Source: an uncultured Chloroflexia bacterium (GTDB taxonomy: Bacteria > Chloroflexota > Anaerolineae > B4-G1 > SLSP01). Taken from it: a stretch of 64,000 bases of DNA. Below the pieces are notes generated by a model that did no database searches, had not been told where the DNA came from, and saw nothing but the letters and a program-made list of their open reading frames with translations. Positions 51,603 to 61,644 of this stretch are shown here, piece by piece. The position numbers and the translations under genes are program-made. The DNA lies in contig CAVVUS010000014.1 of the NCBI GenBank assembly GCA_963751345.1, forward strand, positions 192,001 through 256,000. Direction: 5' to 3'. The number at the start of each line of letters is the position of its first letter. Position 1 is the stretch's first letter.

Positions 51603-52889
51603 GTGGCACCACGTCATAGCCAAATAGATGGTCACATTGATATGGGGAGACTGCTGTTCCCGCTCGGACTGGGAACCGCCCTGTCGCTCATGGGAGATGC
51701 GACGCTATATACCGTACTCCCCACCCACACAGCCGAGGCGGGTATCACCTTAGGAGGGGTAGGCGTCCTGCTCGGGGTCAACCGCGCCGTGCGGCTGTTC
51801 CTCAACGGCCCTGCCGGCCTGGCCTACGATCGTTGGCCCCGCCGCCGGCTCTTCATCTCGGCCCTCTTCATCGGGGCGCTCTCCACCGCACTATATGCCG
51901 CGACTCACGGGTTCTGGCCTCTGCTTGTTGGGCGCATGCTCTGGGGGCTGGCATGGTCGGGCATCTGGGTCGGCGGGGCGACGATGATCCTCGATGCAGC
52001 GGCGACCCAAGAGCGAGGTCGATGGACCGGGCTCTACCAGACATGGTTCTTCGTGGGGTCGGCCCTCGGCGCGTTCGGCGGCGGGGTGCTCACGGACCTG
52101 CTGGGCTACACCCTGACCATGGCGATCGGTGCGGCGCTGACGGCTGCGGGCGGCGTGGTCGCCTTTTTCCTGTTGCCGGAGACATCCGGCGCCCGAGCGC
52201 TGATGGATGCCGCCGGCGCGCGCAGCGCACCTGCCTCGAGCCCGGGCTTGAGGCCCGACAGGCCCAATCGCCTGAGCCTCAGGGCGAATGGGGGGCTTTG
52301 GCTCACCATCTCCTTGCAGGGCGTCAACCGTTTCATCGTCTCGGGCGTGGTGTCAGCCACCCTCGGGCTCTTGATCCAGGACTGGGCTCAGAGAGCCGGC
52401 ATAGCGATCGGCGTTGCGACCCTGACGGGCGTGGCGATGGCCGGGCGGACGCTGCTAAGTATGGTGGCAGCTCCACTCGCCGGGACGATGTCGGACCGGC
52501 AGGGCAGTCGCTGGCCGGTCGTCGCGTGGAGTCTGGGCATCGGGACGGCTGGGATGGGACTGTTGGCACTGGGCGGGCCGGTCTGGATCTTGCTGGGTGT
52601 CTCAACCGTGGCAGTTTCCGGCGGAGGTCTGCAGGCCCTGGCGACAGCGCTAACCGGCGACGCCGTCGATCCCTCACAACGAGGCCGAGCCATCGGCCTG
52701 CTGCACACCGCGGGTGATTTCGGCAGCGCCATCGGCCCGTCGCTGGCCTATGCACTGCTGCCGGTCATTGGGCTGCGCGCAATGTACCTACTGTGCGCAG
52801 CTGTCTTTCTGGTCAGTCTGGGCCCGGTTATTCGCTTCTTCGGCAAAGAGCAAGGGCAACACACCACAGCTCAGGCTTCACACGGTTAG
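51603..52889 (+). CDS. MFS transporter
   Basis: About 12 hydrophobic helices, G...DRWPRR and GTMSDRQG motif-A loops. Confidence 0.85.
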   Translation: MAPRHSQIDGHIDMGRLLFPLGLGTALSLMGDATLYTVLPTHTAEAGITLGGVGVLLGVNRAVRLFLNGPAGLAYDRWPRRRLFISALFIGALSTALYAATHGFWPLLVGRMLWGLAWSGIWVGGATMILDAAATQERGRWTGLYQTWFFVGSALGAFGGGVLTDLLGYTLTMAIGAALTAAGGVVAFFLLPETSGARALMDAAGARSAPASSPGLRPDRPNRLSLRANGGLWLTISLQGVNRFIVSGVVSATLGLLIQDWAQRAGIAIGVATLTGVAMAGRTLLSMVAAPLAGTMSDRQGSRWPVVAWSLGIGTAGMGLLALGGPVWILLGVSTVAVSGGGLQALATALTGDAVDPSQRGRAIGLLHTAGDFGSAIGPSLAYALLPVIGLRAMYLLCAAVFLVSLGPVIRFFGKEQGQHTTAQASHG

Positions 52890-53102
52890 GGGCCCCGAGA
52901 CCGAACTGGGAGGCCAAGGAGCCGGGGTATCGATACTCACGACAACGCTGCCCTGATAGCTTTCTCCCGCACGGCACCCTGTCCACCAAGAAGACTTGCG
53001 AAGGGCGTGCGACTGCGATACGATGCAGCGAGCTCGAGAACAATGCCGGAGCCCCCGGCACCATGTCACCGATTCTCTCATGCGCTGAGTTGCTGATTTG
53101 CC

Positions 53103-53801
53103 ATGGACACTCGCTACCACATTGCGCTGACACGGATGGCTCTGAAGGACGACTTCAGCGAGGCCGCGCTCGCCGAGGTGATCGCGGCGAACCTGGGTCA
53201 GGATGCCCTACGCTATCAACTCGGCGCTTATCCGCACTTCCACTTCGACAACAACCGCATCGCAGCCTCGCTCGCCTATGTTGAAGACCAACATGCCGCT
53301 ATCGCTGCGGCGGCGTCAGAGAGAGATGGTCCGCGGATGCGGGCCGCGCTAGGCCACATCTTTCACACCGTGCAGGACTTCTACGCCCACGCCAACTACG
53401 TCGACCTCTGGCTGGAGGCCCAGGAGGGTCCGTCGCGCCCACCCCCTGAGGCCATCGACGGCCTGAACGAGCAGATCCTGGCCCATCCCAACCTGCGGAC
53501 CGGCACCTTCGTGATGCTGCGGGACTTCATTTATTACGTACCCCTCATCGGACGCATTGCCCGCAGGATCTACGTCCCGCCGGGCTCACACGAGGCAATG
53601 CACCTCGATTCACCCGACCGTGGCTGGAAGTTCAACTACGCCTTCAGGGCCGCCTACCAGCGCACGTGCGCCGAATATCGGCGCGCAGGTGATGCGGTCA
53701 TCCGGGCCGGTGGCCAGGCGGCCCTCCGGTCATTGACAACCGAGGGCCAGGAATCCGGATTCAGTTCGTCGCCTTCTCCGCCACCGGCAAGACCACTGTG
53801 A
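53103..53801 (+). CDS. HET-C/VWA7-N-like (Zn-dependent phospholipase C/P1 nuclease fold) protein
   Basis: N-terminal H (YHIALT), HFDN, LGHIFHTVQDFYAHANYV, HEAMHLD. Confidence 0.65.
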   Translation: MDTRYHIALTRMALKDDFSEAALAEVIAANLGQDALRYQLGAYPHFHFDNNRIAASLAYVEDQHAAIAAAASERDGPRMRAALGHIFHTVQDFYAHANYVDLWLEAQEGPSRPPPEAIDGLNEQILAHPNLRTGTFVMLRDFIYYVPLIGRIARRIYVPPGSHEAMHLDSPDRGWKFNYAFRAAYQRTCAEYRRAGDAVIRAGGQAALRSLTTEGQESGFSSSPSPPPARPL

Positions 53802-55278
53802 ACCGGCTGCCCTCGCCAGGACGGCTCTCCACCTCGACGCGCCCTCCGTAAGCCTCTGCCACGCCTTTTACCAGCGCGAGGCCCAAGCCGGCTCCCCCCT
53901 TCTTGCGCGCCCGCGCTTTGTCGACCCGGTAAAAGCGGTCGAAAATGCGGGGGATATCCTCCGGCGGGATCCCCGGGCCGGTGTCGATGACAGAGACCCG
54001 GACGGTCCGGTTGGTCACTTCTGCGGCAAGGGTGATGGTACCGTCAGGTGCCGTGTACTTGATCGCATTGTCCAACAGGTTGCGGATGGCCGCCTGAATC
54101 TGGTCCACGTTGGCAGAGACCGGCGGCAGATGCGGCGGAACCTCGACCTGCAGACGATGACCGGCAAGTTGTAGCAGCGGACCGAAGTCGTCGGCTACCT
54201 GATACAGCAGTGGCGCCAGGTCGATCTGCGCATAGGGCGGCAGTTCGTGGGCGTCCAGCGCCGCCAAAGCCAGCAGATGGTCAACAAGGCGGCGCAGATG
54301 CTGGATCTCGTCCGCCATCTGCCCCACGTAATGATCGACCAGTTCGGGCTGGTCCTTCCCGTGTGCCTGAGCAAGCTCAAGCCGGAGGCTCAGAGCAGTG
54401 AGCGGGGTCCGCAGCTCGTGGGCGGCATGAGCGACGAAGTCACGCTGACGGGCCAGCATATCCCGAAGACGGGCCGTCATTTGATTGAAGGCAGTTGCCA
54501 GGCGGCGGAGCTCTTCCGGGCCACCGGGCCGAACCTGGTAAGTCAGATCCCCGCCGGCAATAGCGTCAGCACCACGCGTCAAGGCGCCAATAGGATGCAG
54601 GATGAAGTGCGCCATGCCGATGCTGATGAGGATGGTCAACAGGGCCACGCCACCCCCGGCAAGGAAGAGGCCGGCCCAGGTCTCCGCAATCTGCCGGTTA
54701 ACCGACGCCATTGGGAGCGAGAGCTGGACATACCCGGCGAGGGCACCGCCGGTGTTGAGCATCGGCGCGGCGACAAACAACCTGCGATCCTGCGACCACG
54801 CATCTCGACGAACATCACGGGTTTGGGTGCTGAACTCCGGCGCGGAAGCGGGAACTTCTGCCCCCAGCGGGATGGCACCGTCGGAACTGAAGATAACACG
54901 CCGATGAGCATCGGTCAACGTCACGCGCCCGCCGGTACTCGCCGCCGCAGACATCACCAGGTGTGTGAGCGTCTCGTCCGGGGCAATGACCTGGACCGAA
55001 CCGTCGTGGTCATCATCATCCGTCTCCAGCGCGTGTTCCGATTCCACACGGCGCACCAGCGGCTCCTCCAGCCCGTTGGCGACGAGGCGAGCCTGCAGCT
55101 CAAGGTCGTTCCCGGCCTGCGTCAAGGCAGCGGATTGCATCCGCAGCCCAAACCAGAGGATCAGGCCGCCAACGCTCAACACGACCAATGCCAGATAGGT
55201 AGCGGGCAGCAGAAAACGCAACCTCTGGGGCTTGATGCCCCGGAGCACTGGGAACCTGCGCGACTTACGTGACGACAT
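53761..55278 (-). CDS. Membrane sensor histidine kinase (2 TM, HAMP, HisKA, HATPase)
   Basis: AAHELRTP, NLLDNAIKY, DTGPGI, FYRVDKAR, GAGLGL. Confidence 0.92.
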   Translation of the reverse strand: MSSRKSRRFPVLRGIKPQRLRFLLPATYLALVVLSVGGLILWFGLRMQSAALTQAGNDLELQARLVANGLEEPLVRRVESEHALETDDDDHDGSVQVIAPDETLTHLVMSAAASTGGRVTLTDAHRRVIFSSDGAIPLGAEVPASAPEFSTQTRDVRRDAWSQDRRLFVAAPMLNTGGALAGYVQLSLPMASVNRQIAETWAGLFLAGGGVALLTILISIGMAHFILHPIGALTRGADAIAGGDLTYQVRPGGPEELRRLATAFNQMTARLRDMLARQRDFVAHAAHELRTPLTALSLRLELAQAHGKDQPELVDHYVGQMADEIQHLRRLVDHLLALAALDAHELPPYAQIDLAPLLYQVADDFGPLLQLAGHRLQVEVPPHLPPVSANVDQIQAAIRNLLDNAIKYTAPDGTITLAAEVTNRTVRVSVIDTGPGIPPEDIPRIFDRFYRVDKARARKKGGAGLGLALVKGVAEAYGGRVEVESRPGEGSRFTVVLPVAEKATN

Positions 55279-55990
55279 CGGGGTCCGCGAAGCGGTAGCC
55301 ATAGCCGCGCACCGTCTCAATGAAGCGTGGGGAGGAAGGATCATCCTCCACTTTCTCTCGAAGCCAGCGAATATGCACGTCCAACGTGCGGACATCGCCG
55401 ATCCAATCTTCACCCCACACCGTGTCCAATAGGGTCTGCCGCGCGACGGCGTGCCCGGCCTCTGCCATCAGGGCATAGAGCAAATCAAACTCCCGCTGAG
55501 TGAGCTCAACGGAGCGCTCTCCACGCCAGGCCAGGCGGGCCGTACGATCCAGTACCAAGTCTCCCACCTTGAGGCGCTCGTGCGGCTCATCGATGCCGCG
55601 GTCGAGCTCGCGGCGACGCAGAATCGCACGCACGCGGGCCAACAGCTCGCGGAAACTGAACGGCTTGACGATGTAGTCATCCGCGCCCAGCTCCAGCCCC
55701 ATCACGCGGTCCATCTCCTGGCCACGTGCGGTAAGCATTAGGATGGGGACCGCCGAAGATTTGCGCAGCGCCCGGCAGACAGCGTAGCCGTCCATCGTGG
55801 GCAACATCACGTCGAGCAGGACCAAATCGGGGTCATGATCGAGCGCTTGGGTCAATCCATCTCGACCATCGGTGCTGTGAAGCACGCGAAATCCGGCATC
55901 CTGGAGACCGAAGATCAACGGCTCGGCAATCAGCTCATCATCTTCAATCAGCAGGATCATGACCGGCGTAGGGCCTTGTGATACGGACAT
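55265..55990 (-). CDS. OmpR/PhoB-family response regulator
   Basis: LIEDD, LLDVMLP, KPF, LTQREFDLL, RTLDVHIRWLR, TVRGYGYRF. Confidence 0.94.
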   Translation of the reverse strand: MSVSQGPTPVMILLIEDDELIAEPLIFGLQDAGFRVLHSTDGRDGLTQALDHDPDLVLLDVMLPTMDGYAVCRALRKSSAVPILMLTARGQEMDRVMGLELGADDYIVKPFSFRELLARVRAILRRRELDRGIDEPHERLKVGDLVLDRTARLAWRGERSVELTQREFDLLYALMAEAGHAVARQTLLDTVWGEDWIGDVRTLDVHIRWLREKVEDDPSSPRFIETVRGYGYRFADPDVVT

Positions 55991-56657
55991 GCACCTCCTC
56001 AGGCGCGCCTGCCCTGGAAGACACGGAGATCAGGATCCGGTAGACGGTCAATGCATAGGTAACCAGCCCAGTACTCAGATAGAGCGCCAACGCCCAGGGA
56101 GTCTGCGCATCCGTCCCTGCGAGCAGACCGTGTGCGAGTGCCAGATAGAATAGGATGAACGTGGTGTAATGCAAAGCGCGCCAGACCCTGGTGCCGATGC
56201 GGCGGCGCACGTAGGAACTAAGCGCGACCATGGCCAACAGGTAGGCCGCGACCTGCCCCAAGCCCACCCAGAACGGCCGGTATGCCGTAGTCGCGAAAGG
56301 CACCAGCAGCGAAATGAGGCTGAATCCAATGTAGCGATCCCCCAGCAGAATCAGCATATGAAAGACAATATAGACCAGCGCCAACACGCTGAGGCTGCGG
56401 TGTATGCTAGCGGCCTGTCCCGCACCGGGCCAGGCACGAGCGACCTTGCTCGTGAGAAGCAGGCCAAAAGTCACCGATAGCCACACCAAGACGTAGGCTA
56501 CGAAGCCACCCACACGGGCCAGATACCAAAAGGCCGTCTCCTGGGAGATGGAGGTGCCCAGGGCCGGGAACGCTCCCGGCAGCAGGGCTATGACTAACGC
56601 AATGCTCAGGACCCCCACAGCCACTATTCCCCACGATATAGCATCGCGACCCTTCAC
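55944..56657 (-). CDS. Ferric reductase-like transmembrane (MsrQ-like) haem b protein
   Basis: WYLARVGG; His ligands IHRSL, FHML, ALHY, LAHG; ggaggtg RBS before GTG. Confidence 0.8.
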   Translation of the reverse strand: MKGRDAISWGIVAVGVLSIALVIALLPGAFPALGTSISQETAFWYLARVGGFVAYVLVWLSVTFGLLLTSKVARAWPGAGQAASIHRSLSVLALVYIVFHMLILLGDRYIGFSLISLLVPFATTAYRPFWVGLGQVAAYLLAMVALSSYVRRRIGTRVWRALHYTTFILFYLALAHGLLAGTDAQTPWALALYLSTGLVTYALTVYRILISVSSRAGAPEEVHVRITRPYAGHDPAD

Positions 56658-56661
56658 AGTA

Positions 56662-57774
56662 TCACCTCCACGCATGATCGTCGCGCACTCTGCCTGGCAG
56701 GTAGGCTCCCATCCCCTGCGTCCGCCACTGACGCCCGTCCTGATCCACAAGCACGCCCTCGAGCTCGGGGTGTGCCTCCAATAGGGTCAGCCCAGCCGAG
56801 CGGCCCAGAACCATCACCACGAGAGCATAGAGATCAGCCCTGGCCGCATCCGGAGCGATCACGGTAGCCGTAAGCAGGTCAGTGGCAGCCGGCTGACCGG
56901 TGCGTGGATCGATGATGTGATGCTGCACAGCACCATTTGAGACCCAGCGGCGGTAGTCTACACCGGAGGTGGCCACGCCGCGGTCATGCACCACAATCGT
57001 CGCAATCGGAAGTACGTCGTTGTTGGGGTCGGCGATACCGATTGGCCACCCACGTACACCGGGCAAGCTCCCACGCACTGCCAGATCGCCACCCGCGTCC
57101 ACCAGACACGGGCCCAGCGATGTCAGCATATCGGCAGCACGTGCCGCGGCCCAACCCTTTGCCGTTCCGCTCAAGTCGAGACGAAGGCCGGGCGGCAGGA
57201 TCACCGTACGATGCATCGCATCACGTTCAATCGTCCGCCAGTGCCCACCGTTCCCCTGCCACCCACTGATCTGATGGCTTCCATCTGTCTGCTGGCGCTC
57301 GCCGGTCTGCTGGCGCTCGCCGGTCTGCTGGCGCTCGCCGGTCTGCCGGCGCATGGCCCTTGAACTTGGGGCACCAGCACCGCCCCCGCGGCGGATCTCG
57401 TCGAAATCCCTCTCGTATCCTGCAGCAACCAGAGCGTCCAGCATCGTGGGATTATAGAGCCCACCGGTCTCCTGTGCTGCCTTCAGTGCCCAGGCCAGTG
57501 CATCCCATAGTAGCGAGCTGACAGCTACCTGCCGGCCGGGAGAGACATTCAGACGACCGAGCTCGCTATCCGGTTGGAAGCGGGTGAGTCTGGCATCCAC
57601 CAGCATCATCCACATTTGCACCAGGTCGAGCCGCTCCTCGGCAGCGGCCCTATCACGCGCCAACACCCACGCACCCATTTCGCAGCCCATGGCGCGGAAC
57701 GCCACGTGGTAGAGCTTGGCATCAAGCTCTACCGGGTCGGCGAACCGCACCGGGGCCGTCATCGTGGTCATCAT
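56662..57774 (-). CDS. apbE: FAD:protein FMN transferase ApbE
   Basis: FRAMG, RFQPDSEL, DLSGTAKG, DAGGD, VATSG, HHIIDPRTG. Confidence 0.9.
   Translation of the reverse strand: MMTTMTAPVRFADPVELDAKLYHVAFRAMGCEMGAWVLARDRAAAEERLDLVQMWMMLVDARLTRFQPDSELGRLNVSPGRQVAVSSLLWDALAWALKAAQETGGLYNPTMLDALVAAGYERDFDEIRRGGGAGAPSSRAMRRQTGERQQTGERQQTGERQQTDGSHQISGWQGNGGHWRTIERDAMHRTVILPPGLRLDLSGTAKGWAAARAADMLTSLGPCLVDAGGDLAVRGSLPGVRGWPIGIADPNNDVLPIATIVVHDRGVATSGVDYRRWVSNGAVQHHIIDPRTGQPAATDLLTATVIAPDAARADLYALVVMVLGRSAGLTLLEAHPELEGVLVDQDGRQWRTQGMGAYLPGRVRDDHAWR
57287..57346. repeat. In-frame 18-bp tandem repeat in apbE (QTGERQ x3.3)
   Basis: gtctgctggcgctcgccg repeated perfectly 3 times plus gtctgc. Confidence 0.9.
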
Positions 57775-58118
57775 CTGGACGAGCGCGTTGTCACAAACGG
57801 CCGCGCAGGCAACGGGGCCGAGGCTGATGGCGCCTGGGTCTGTGGACGCGACGCGGGCGCCGCCACTTGCGGCACCGGGGGAAGGTCCACCTGAGATCCG
57901 GATGGCGACGCCGGCGCGGCATAGGCCTGCAGTGCCTGAACAGTAGGGATTGGCGGCAGCTCGACCGTCACCGATTGCGTTGCACCAGATGTTGCCGGCG
58001 CAACTTGCGGCGTGGAATCTGTGGCCTGGCGGGCCAGGAACACCCACCCACCTACCGTAGCGCCAAGCGACAGCGCAACCATCCAGGGCTTGAGCACCGA
58101 ATTGCGTGGTTTAGTCAT
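57771..58118 (-). CDS. Small membrane-anchored Pro/Ala-rich protein, candidate ApbE substrate
   Basis: TM WMVALSLGATVGGWVFLA, internal TSGAT, C-terminal TTRSSR; overlaps the apbE start. Confidence 0.65.
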   Translation of the reverse strand: MTKPRNSVLKPWMVALSLGATVGGWVFLARQATDSTPQVAPATSGATQSVTVELPPIPTVQALQAYAAPASPSGSQVDLPPVPQVAAPASRPQTQAPSASAPLPARPFVTTRSSR

Positions 58119-58566
58119 CGTCCCCCTCCCGATTGTGTGACTCAAAGGCCCCATCGTCAGAATAGGGTTGCCCATAGGCAGGGGCCGCGGGGGCAGGCGA
58201 CGCCTGTCGTGCCGCCTGTTGCTGCAGTAGGGCGTTAGCGCGTTGGAGCGTCTGTTGGTAGGCAGCCTCACGCGCCAGTAACGTCTGGTTCTGAGTGACC
58301 AGCGCCGCCTGTTCTTGCTGCAGTTGCGCGATCGTGGCATTTGCCTGCTGGATCTCTTGATTAGCCTTCTGTAGCCGAGCTTGGTATTCCGCCTCACGAG
58401 CTAACAGAATATCGACCGTTGCAGGATCCGATGGGGACACGACGGCAGCTTCTACCGGAGCAGGGCCCCTCTGCCCGTGCATCAACGACAGCGCTATCAA
58501 GCTACCGGCGCCCAGCACAAAGACCGTCAGCACCGCCGTGATCCACAAAGCCCTCCGCTGCCTCAT
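58111..58566 (-). CDS. Membrane-anchored coiled-coil protein with acidic/His tail
   Basis: N-terminal TM, two LLAREAxYQ helical repeats, tail FESHNREGDDD; ggagg RBS. Confidence 0.7.
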   Translation of the reverse strand: MRQRRALWITAVLTVFVLGAGSLIALSLMHGQRGPAPVEAAVVSPSDPATVDILLAREAEYQARLQKANQEIQQANATIAQLQQEQAALVTQNQTLLAREAAYQQTLQRANALLQQQAARQASPAPAAPAYGQPYSDDGAFESHNREGDDD

Positions 58567-58596
58567 CGCATGCCTCCTGTGTGTGGGGATGCAATG

Positions 58597-58662
58597 AGTA
58601 TAACGGGTTAGCGGTGACCTGAGGTTAAGCAGGACTTAAGCGAAGTTTAAGGGGAGGTTATG
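58597..58662 (-). promoter_or_regulatory. Promoter with OmpR/PhoB-type direct repeats
   Basis: -10 TATACT at 58597-58602 (minus strand); TTAAG at 58625, 58636, 58647 and TTATG at 58658 (plus-strand reading), exact 11-bp period. Confidence 0.6.
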
Positions 58663-58839
58663 TCGCGGAATCCTGATCCCATGCGCCGTTTTGTGACTCA
58701 CGTAAATCTCCAGAGCGTGCTGGGGCAGCACATCCCGCACGCTCTGGAGAAGATCACTGTCACTGTCGTAGGGCATGATCTTGCCCTCACTTCCGATCAA
58801 CTACCCGCTATTTTCCTCGCTCGCTCCCTCAGTGACTTG

Positions 58840-59805
58840 TTAGTTCACCGAGTTGCCCACCGGGGGCAGGAGCTCGGGCGGCGTGGGTGTTGCCGGCTGT
58901 GCCTCCAATTGCTGCTCAACCTTACGCGCACCCTCACGCCAGCGCAGCCAGAGGCTGAACAGACCGGCCGCACCGATAAAAGCCTGAGCGATGAATATGT
59001 CCAGGCCGGAGGCAACATAGTTGGACAGCAGCCCGGGAAGCCCATCCCACAGACCATGCAGGGCTACGACCCAAAGATAGGCGCCGATCACCTTCAGGTT
59101 GATCCGGAAGTGCCCCTCCCTGCTCTCGCGAAACAGCACTGCAGCCAATATCGCGGTCCACGTACCGTGGCCCAAGGGCGAGAGAAAGCCACGGAGAAGG
59201 GTCACGCCCACCGTCGCCGACAGGCTTCCCTGGCTGCTCAGGAACGCCGTGAAGGCGTAACCGGTGCTCTCAAGCGCGGCAAACCCCATCCCTGCAGCGG
59301 CGCCCAATATGAGGCCGTCGATTTCCGAGTCATGACCTCGACGGCGGGCGACGATCAAGACGCCCAGGATCTTCACGAACTCCTCGATGAAGCCGATGAC
59401 GAAGGCGGTGACGAAGTCCAGACGACGGACGAAAAGCGGCTCCAGGATTGAGGCAGCAATGACGCCCAACACACCGCCATAGACCATAGCCATGGCCGTG
59501 GTTGGCATCGTTAGTTTGCTGTAGTGGCGGTGCTCGTAAAAGAAGGCCACGTAGGTGATAGGCACCAAGAAGTTTCCTACCATGACCACCGTCGGAAACA
59601 GATTCGGGTTGCCGGTGAGAACAAGGGCGGCCAGGCCCAGGAAGTAGAACACAATGCCGAGCACCAAGACCTTCCACCATGACCAGGAAGGCTTTTTCTT
59701 GTCTTTTGCCGATTTGCCCACTCCCGCAGGCGCTGCTGTTCCGACGGGCGTACCTGTTCCGACAGGCGTACCCGTTCCGACGGGCGTTAGTTCGCTTTCA
59801 GCCAT
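58840..59805 (-). CDS. PrsW-family intramembrane glutamic protease
   Basis: GFIEEFVK, GMGFAALES, GHGTWT, LHGLWD. Confidence 0.87.
   Translation of the reverse strand: MAESELTPVGTGTPVGTGTPVGTAAPAGVGKSAKDKKKPSWSWWKVLVLGIVFYFLGLAALVLTGNPNLFPTVVMVGNFLVPITYVAFFYEHRHYSKLTMPTTAMAMVYGGVLGVIAASILEPLFVRRLDFVTAFVIGFIEEFVKILGVLIVARRRGHDSEIDGLILGAAAGMGFAALESTGYAFTAFLSSQGSLSATVGVTLLRGFLSPLGHGTWTAILAAVLFRESREGHFRINLKVIGAYLWVVALHGLWDGLPGLLSNYVASGLDIFIAQAFIGAAGLFSLWLRWREGARKVEQQLEAQPATPTPPELLPPVGNSVN
59738..59787. repeat. In-frame 18-bp tandem repeat (TPVGTG x about 3) at the PrsW N-terminus
   Basis: gttccgacgggcgtacct gttccgacaggcgtaccc gttccgacgggcgt. Confidence 0.75.
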
Positions 59806-60036
59806 CGTTCATCCTCCTCTGGACAAGACTTTCTTGCGGCAAAGCTCTCGAAGATGAGACATTCCACACTTTGGTCCGGAGCTACCGACCGAAAACAAAA
59901 GTGCCTTCTCATCAGAATACCACATGAACGATAGACACTCTATTCGGAGTCGGGTTGGATTTGGTTTGCCACGGTTGGGATAGTTGGAGATAGACAGGGC
60001 TTCCTCAATGCGATGCCGAGGATCGGCGATGGCAAC

Positions 60037-60080
60037 AAAAAGGGCGGCGCCACCCCTGATTACTGTAGGGTGGCGCCGCC
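60037..60080 (-). terminator. Intrinsic terminator of rny
   Basis: ggcggcgccaccc...gggtggcgccgcc 13-bp stem with U5 on the minus strand. Confidence 0.75.
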
Positions 60081-60113
60081 ACAGGCAGCGTAACGTTTGA
60101 TCGTTCCGACGGT

Positions 60114-61644
60114 TTACTTGGCGTATTCGACCGCGCGGGTCTCCCGGATCACGGTCACCTTGATCTGACCGGGATACTCCATCGTCTCCTCGATCTTGTG
60201 CGCTACTTCACGCGACAGCTTGAGCGATGCCAGATCGTCGATCTCACCGGGGCGGACGATAATCCGAATCTCGCGCCCGGCCTGAATCGCGTAGGACTCC
60301 TCCACACCATCGAAGGAGCGCGCAATCTCCTCAAGACCCCGAATGCGCTTGATGTAGTGCTCCAGGCTCTCCCGACGGGCACCCGGGCGCGCGCCGGAGA
60401 TCGCATCCGCGGCCTCAACCAGAACGGACTCGAGCGACTGCTGCTCGACCTCGTGGTGGTGCGACTCAATGCAGTTGATCACTGCCTTGGGGACCCCGTA
60501 GCGGCGGGCCAACTCGGCCCCGATCGTCGCGTGCGTGCCCTCAATCTCGAAATCGACCGCCTTGCCGATGTCGTGGAGCAACCCACCCATCCGCGCGATC
60601 TCGGGATTGCCTCCTACCTCGGCAGCTAACAAGCTGGACAGCTTGGCGACCTCGACAGCGTGTCCCAGTTGGTTCTGGCCATAGCTGGTTCTGAAGTATA
60701 GCCGACCCAGCAGCTTCATCAGCTCCGGATGCAGGTTCGGGACCTCAGCCTCGTAGACGGCCCGGTCAGCCTGCTCCTTCATGATCTGGTCCACTTCCTT
60801 GGTCGCCTTCTCCAGCACCTTCTCGATGCGGGCCGGGTGGATTCGCCCGTCCGCGACCAGGTAGTGCATGGCCCGTCGCCGCGATCTCCCTGCGAATAGG
60901 ATTGAATGATGAGATCGTGATCAACTCCGGCGTGTCATCGACGATGACATCCACGGCAGCCTTCTGCTCGAAGACACGGATATTGCGCCCACCACGACCA
61001 ATGATACGCCCCTTGAGTTCATCGTTGGGGATTTCGAGCGTCTTGGTGGTCAGCTCGGCAACCTGCTCCGAAGCGAGTCGCTGGATCGATGTGGTGATGA
61101 TGTCGCGCGCTCGTTCGTCCGACTCCTGCCGCGCCCGCATCTCCTCCTCGCGCATCACCCGCGCCATATCCTGGCGTGTTTCCTGCGCGACCTGATCCAG
61201 GAGTACATTCCGGGCATCCTCAACCGTGAGATTTGCGATGCGCTGCAACTCCTCCAGGCGCTGCTCTTCCACCTTCTGCAGATCGTTGTGGCGCTTATCA
61301 AGTGCGCTCTGGCGCTTACTCAACTGCTGCTCACGCTGATCGACGCGTTCCTGTCGGGTGTCCAGCTGCTCACGGCGCTTCTGTAAGCGATCTTCCTCAC
61401 GCCGTAACTGCTGATTCCGTGCATCGAGCTCGGCCTCCATCTCTTGCCGAGTCTTGAGGGTCTCATCCCTCGCGTTAAGCACGATGTCCCGAGCCTGTTT
61501 CTCTGCTTCCTCAAGCAAGCGGGCCCGCATCGCCTCCAGATTACCGAGCTCTTGCTGGAAACGCTGCTGGCGGACGAAGTATCCTGCTGCTCCGCCGGCG
61601 GCCAGTCCGATGATTAGTGCAATGACACCAATAAGCCACTCCAT
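60114..61644 (-). CDS. rny: Ribonuclease Y; apparent +1 frameshift near 60872
   Basis: N-terminal TM, coiled coil, KH ([13 protein letters not shown]), HD (GLLHDIGKA), C-terminal [15 protein letters not shown]. Confidence 0.95.

Noticed and set aside
59951-59990. Weak 10-nt periodic GGTT/GTTGG pattern upstream of prsW
   Set aside because: Too degenerate to distinguish from chance
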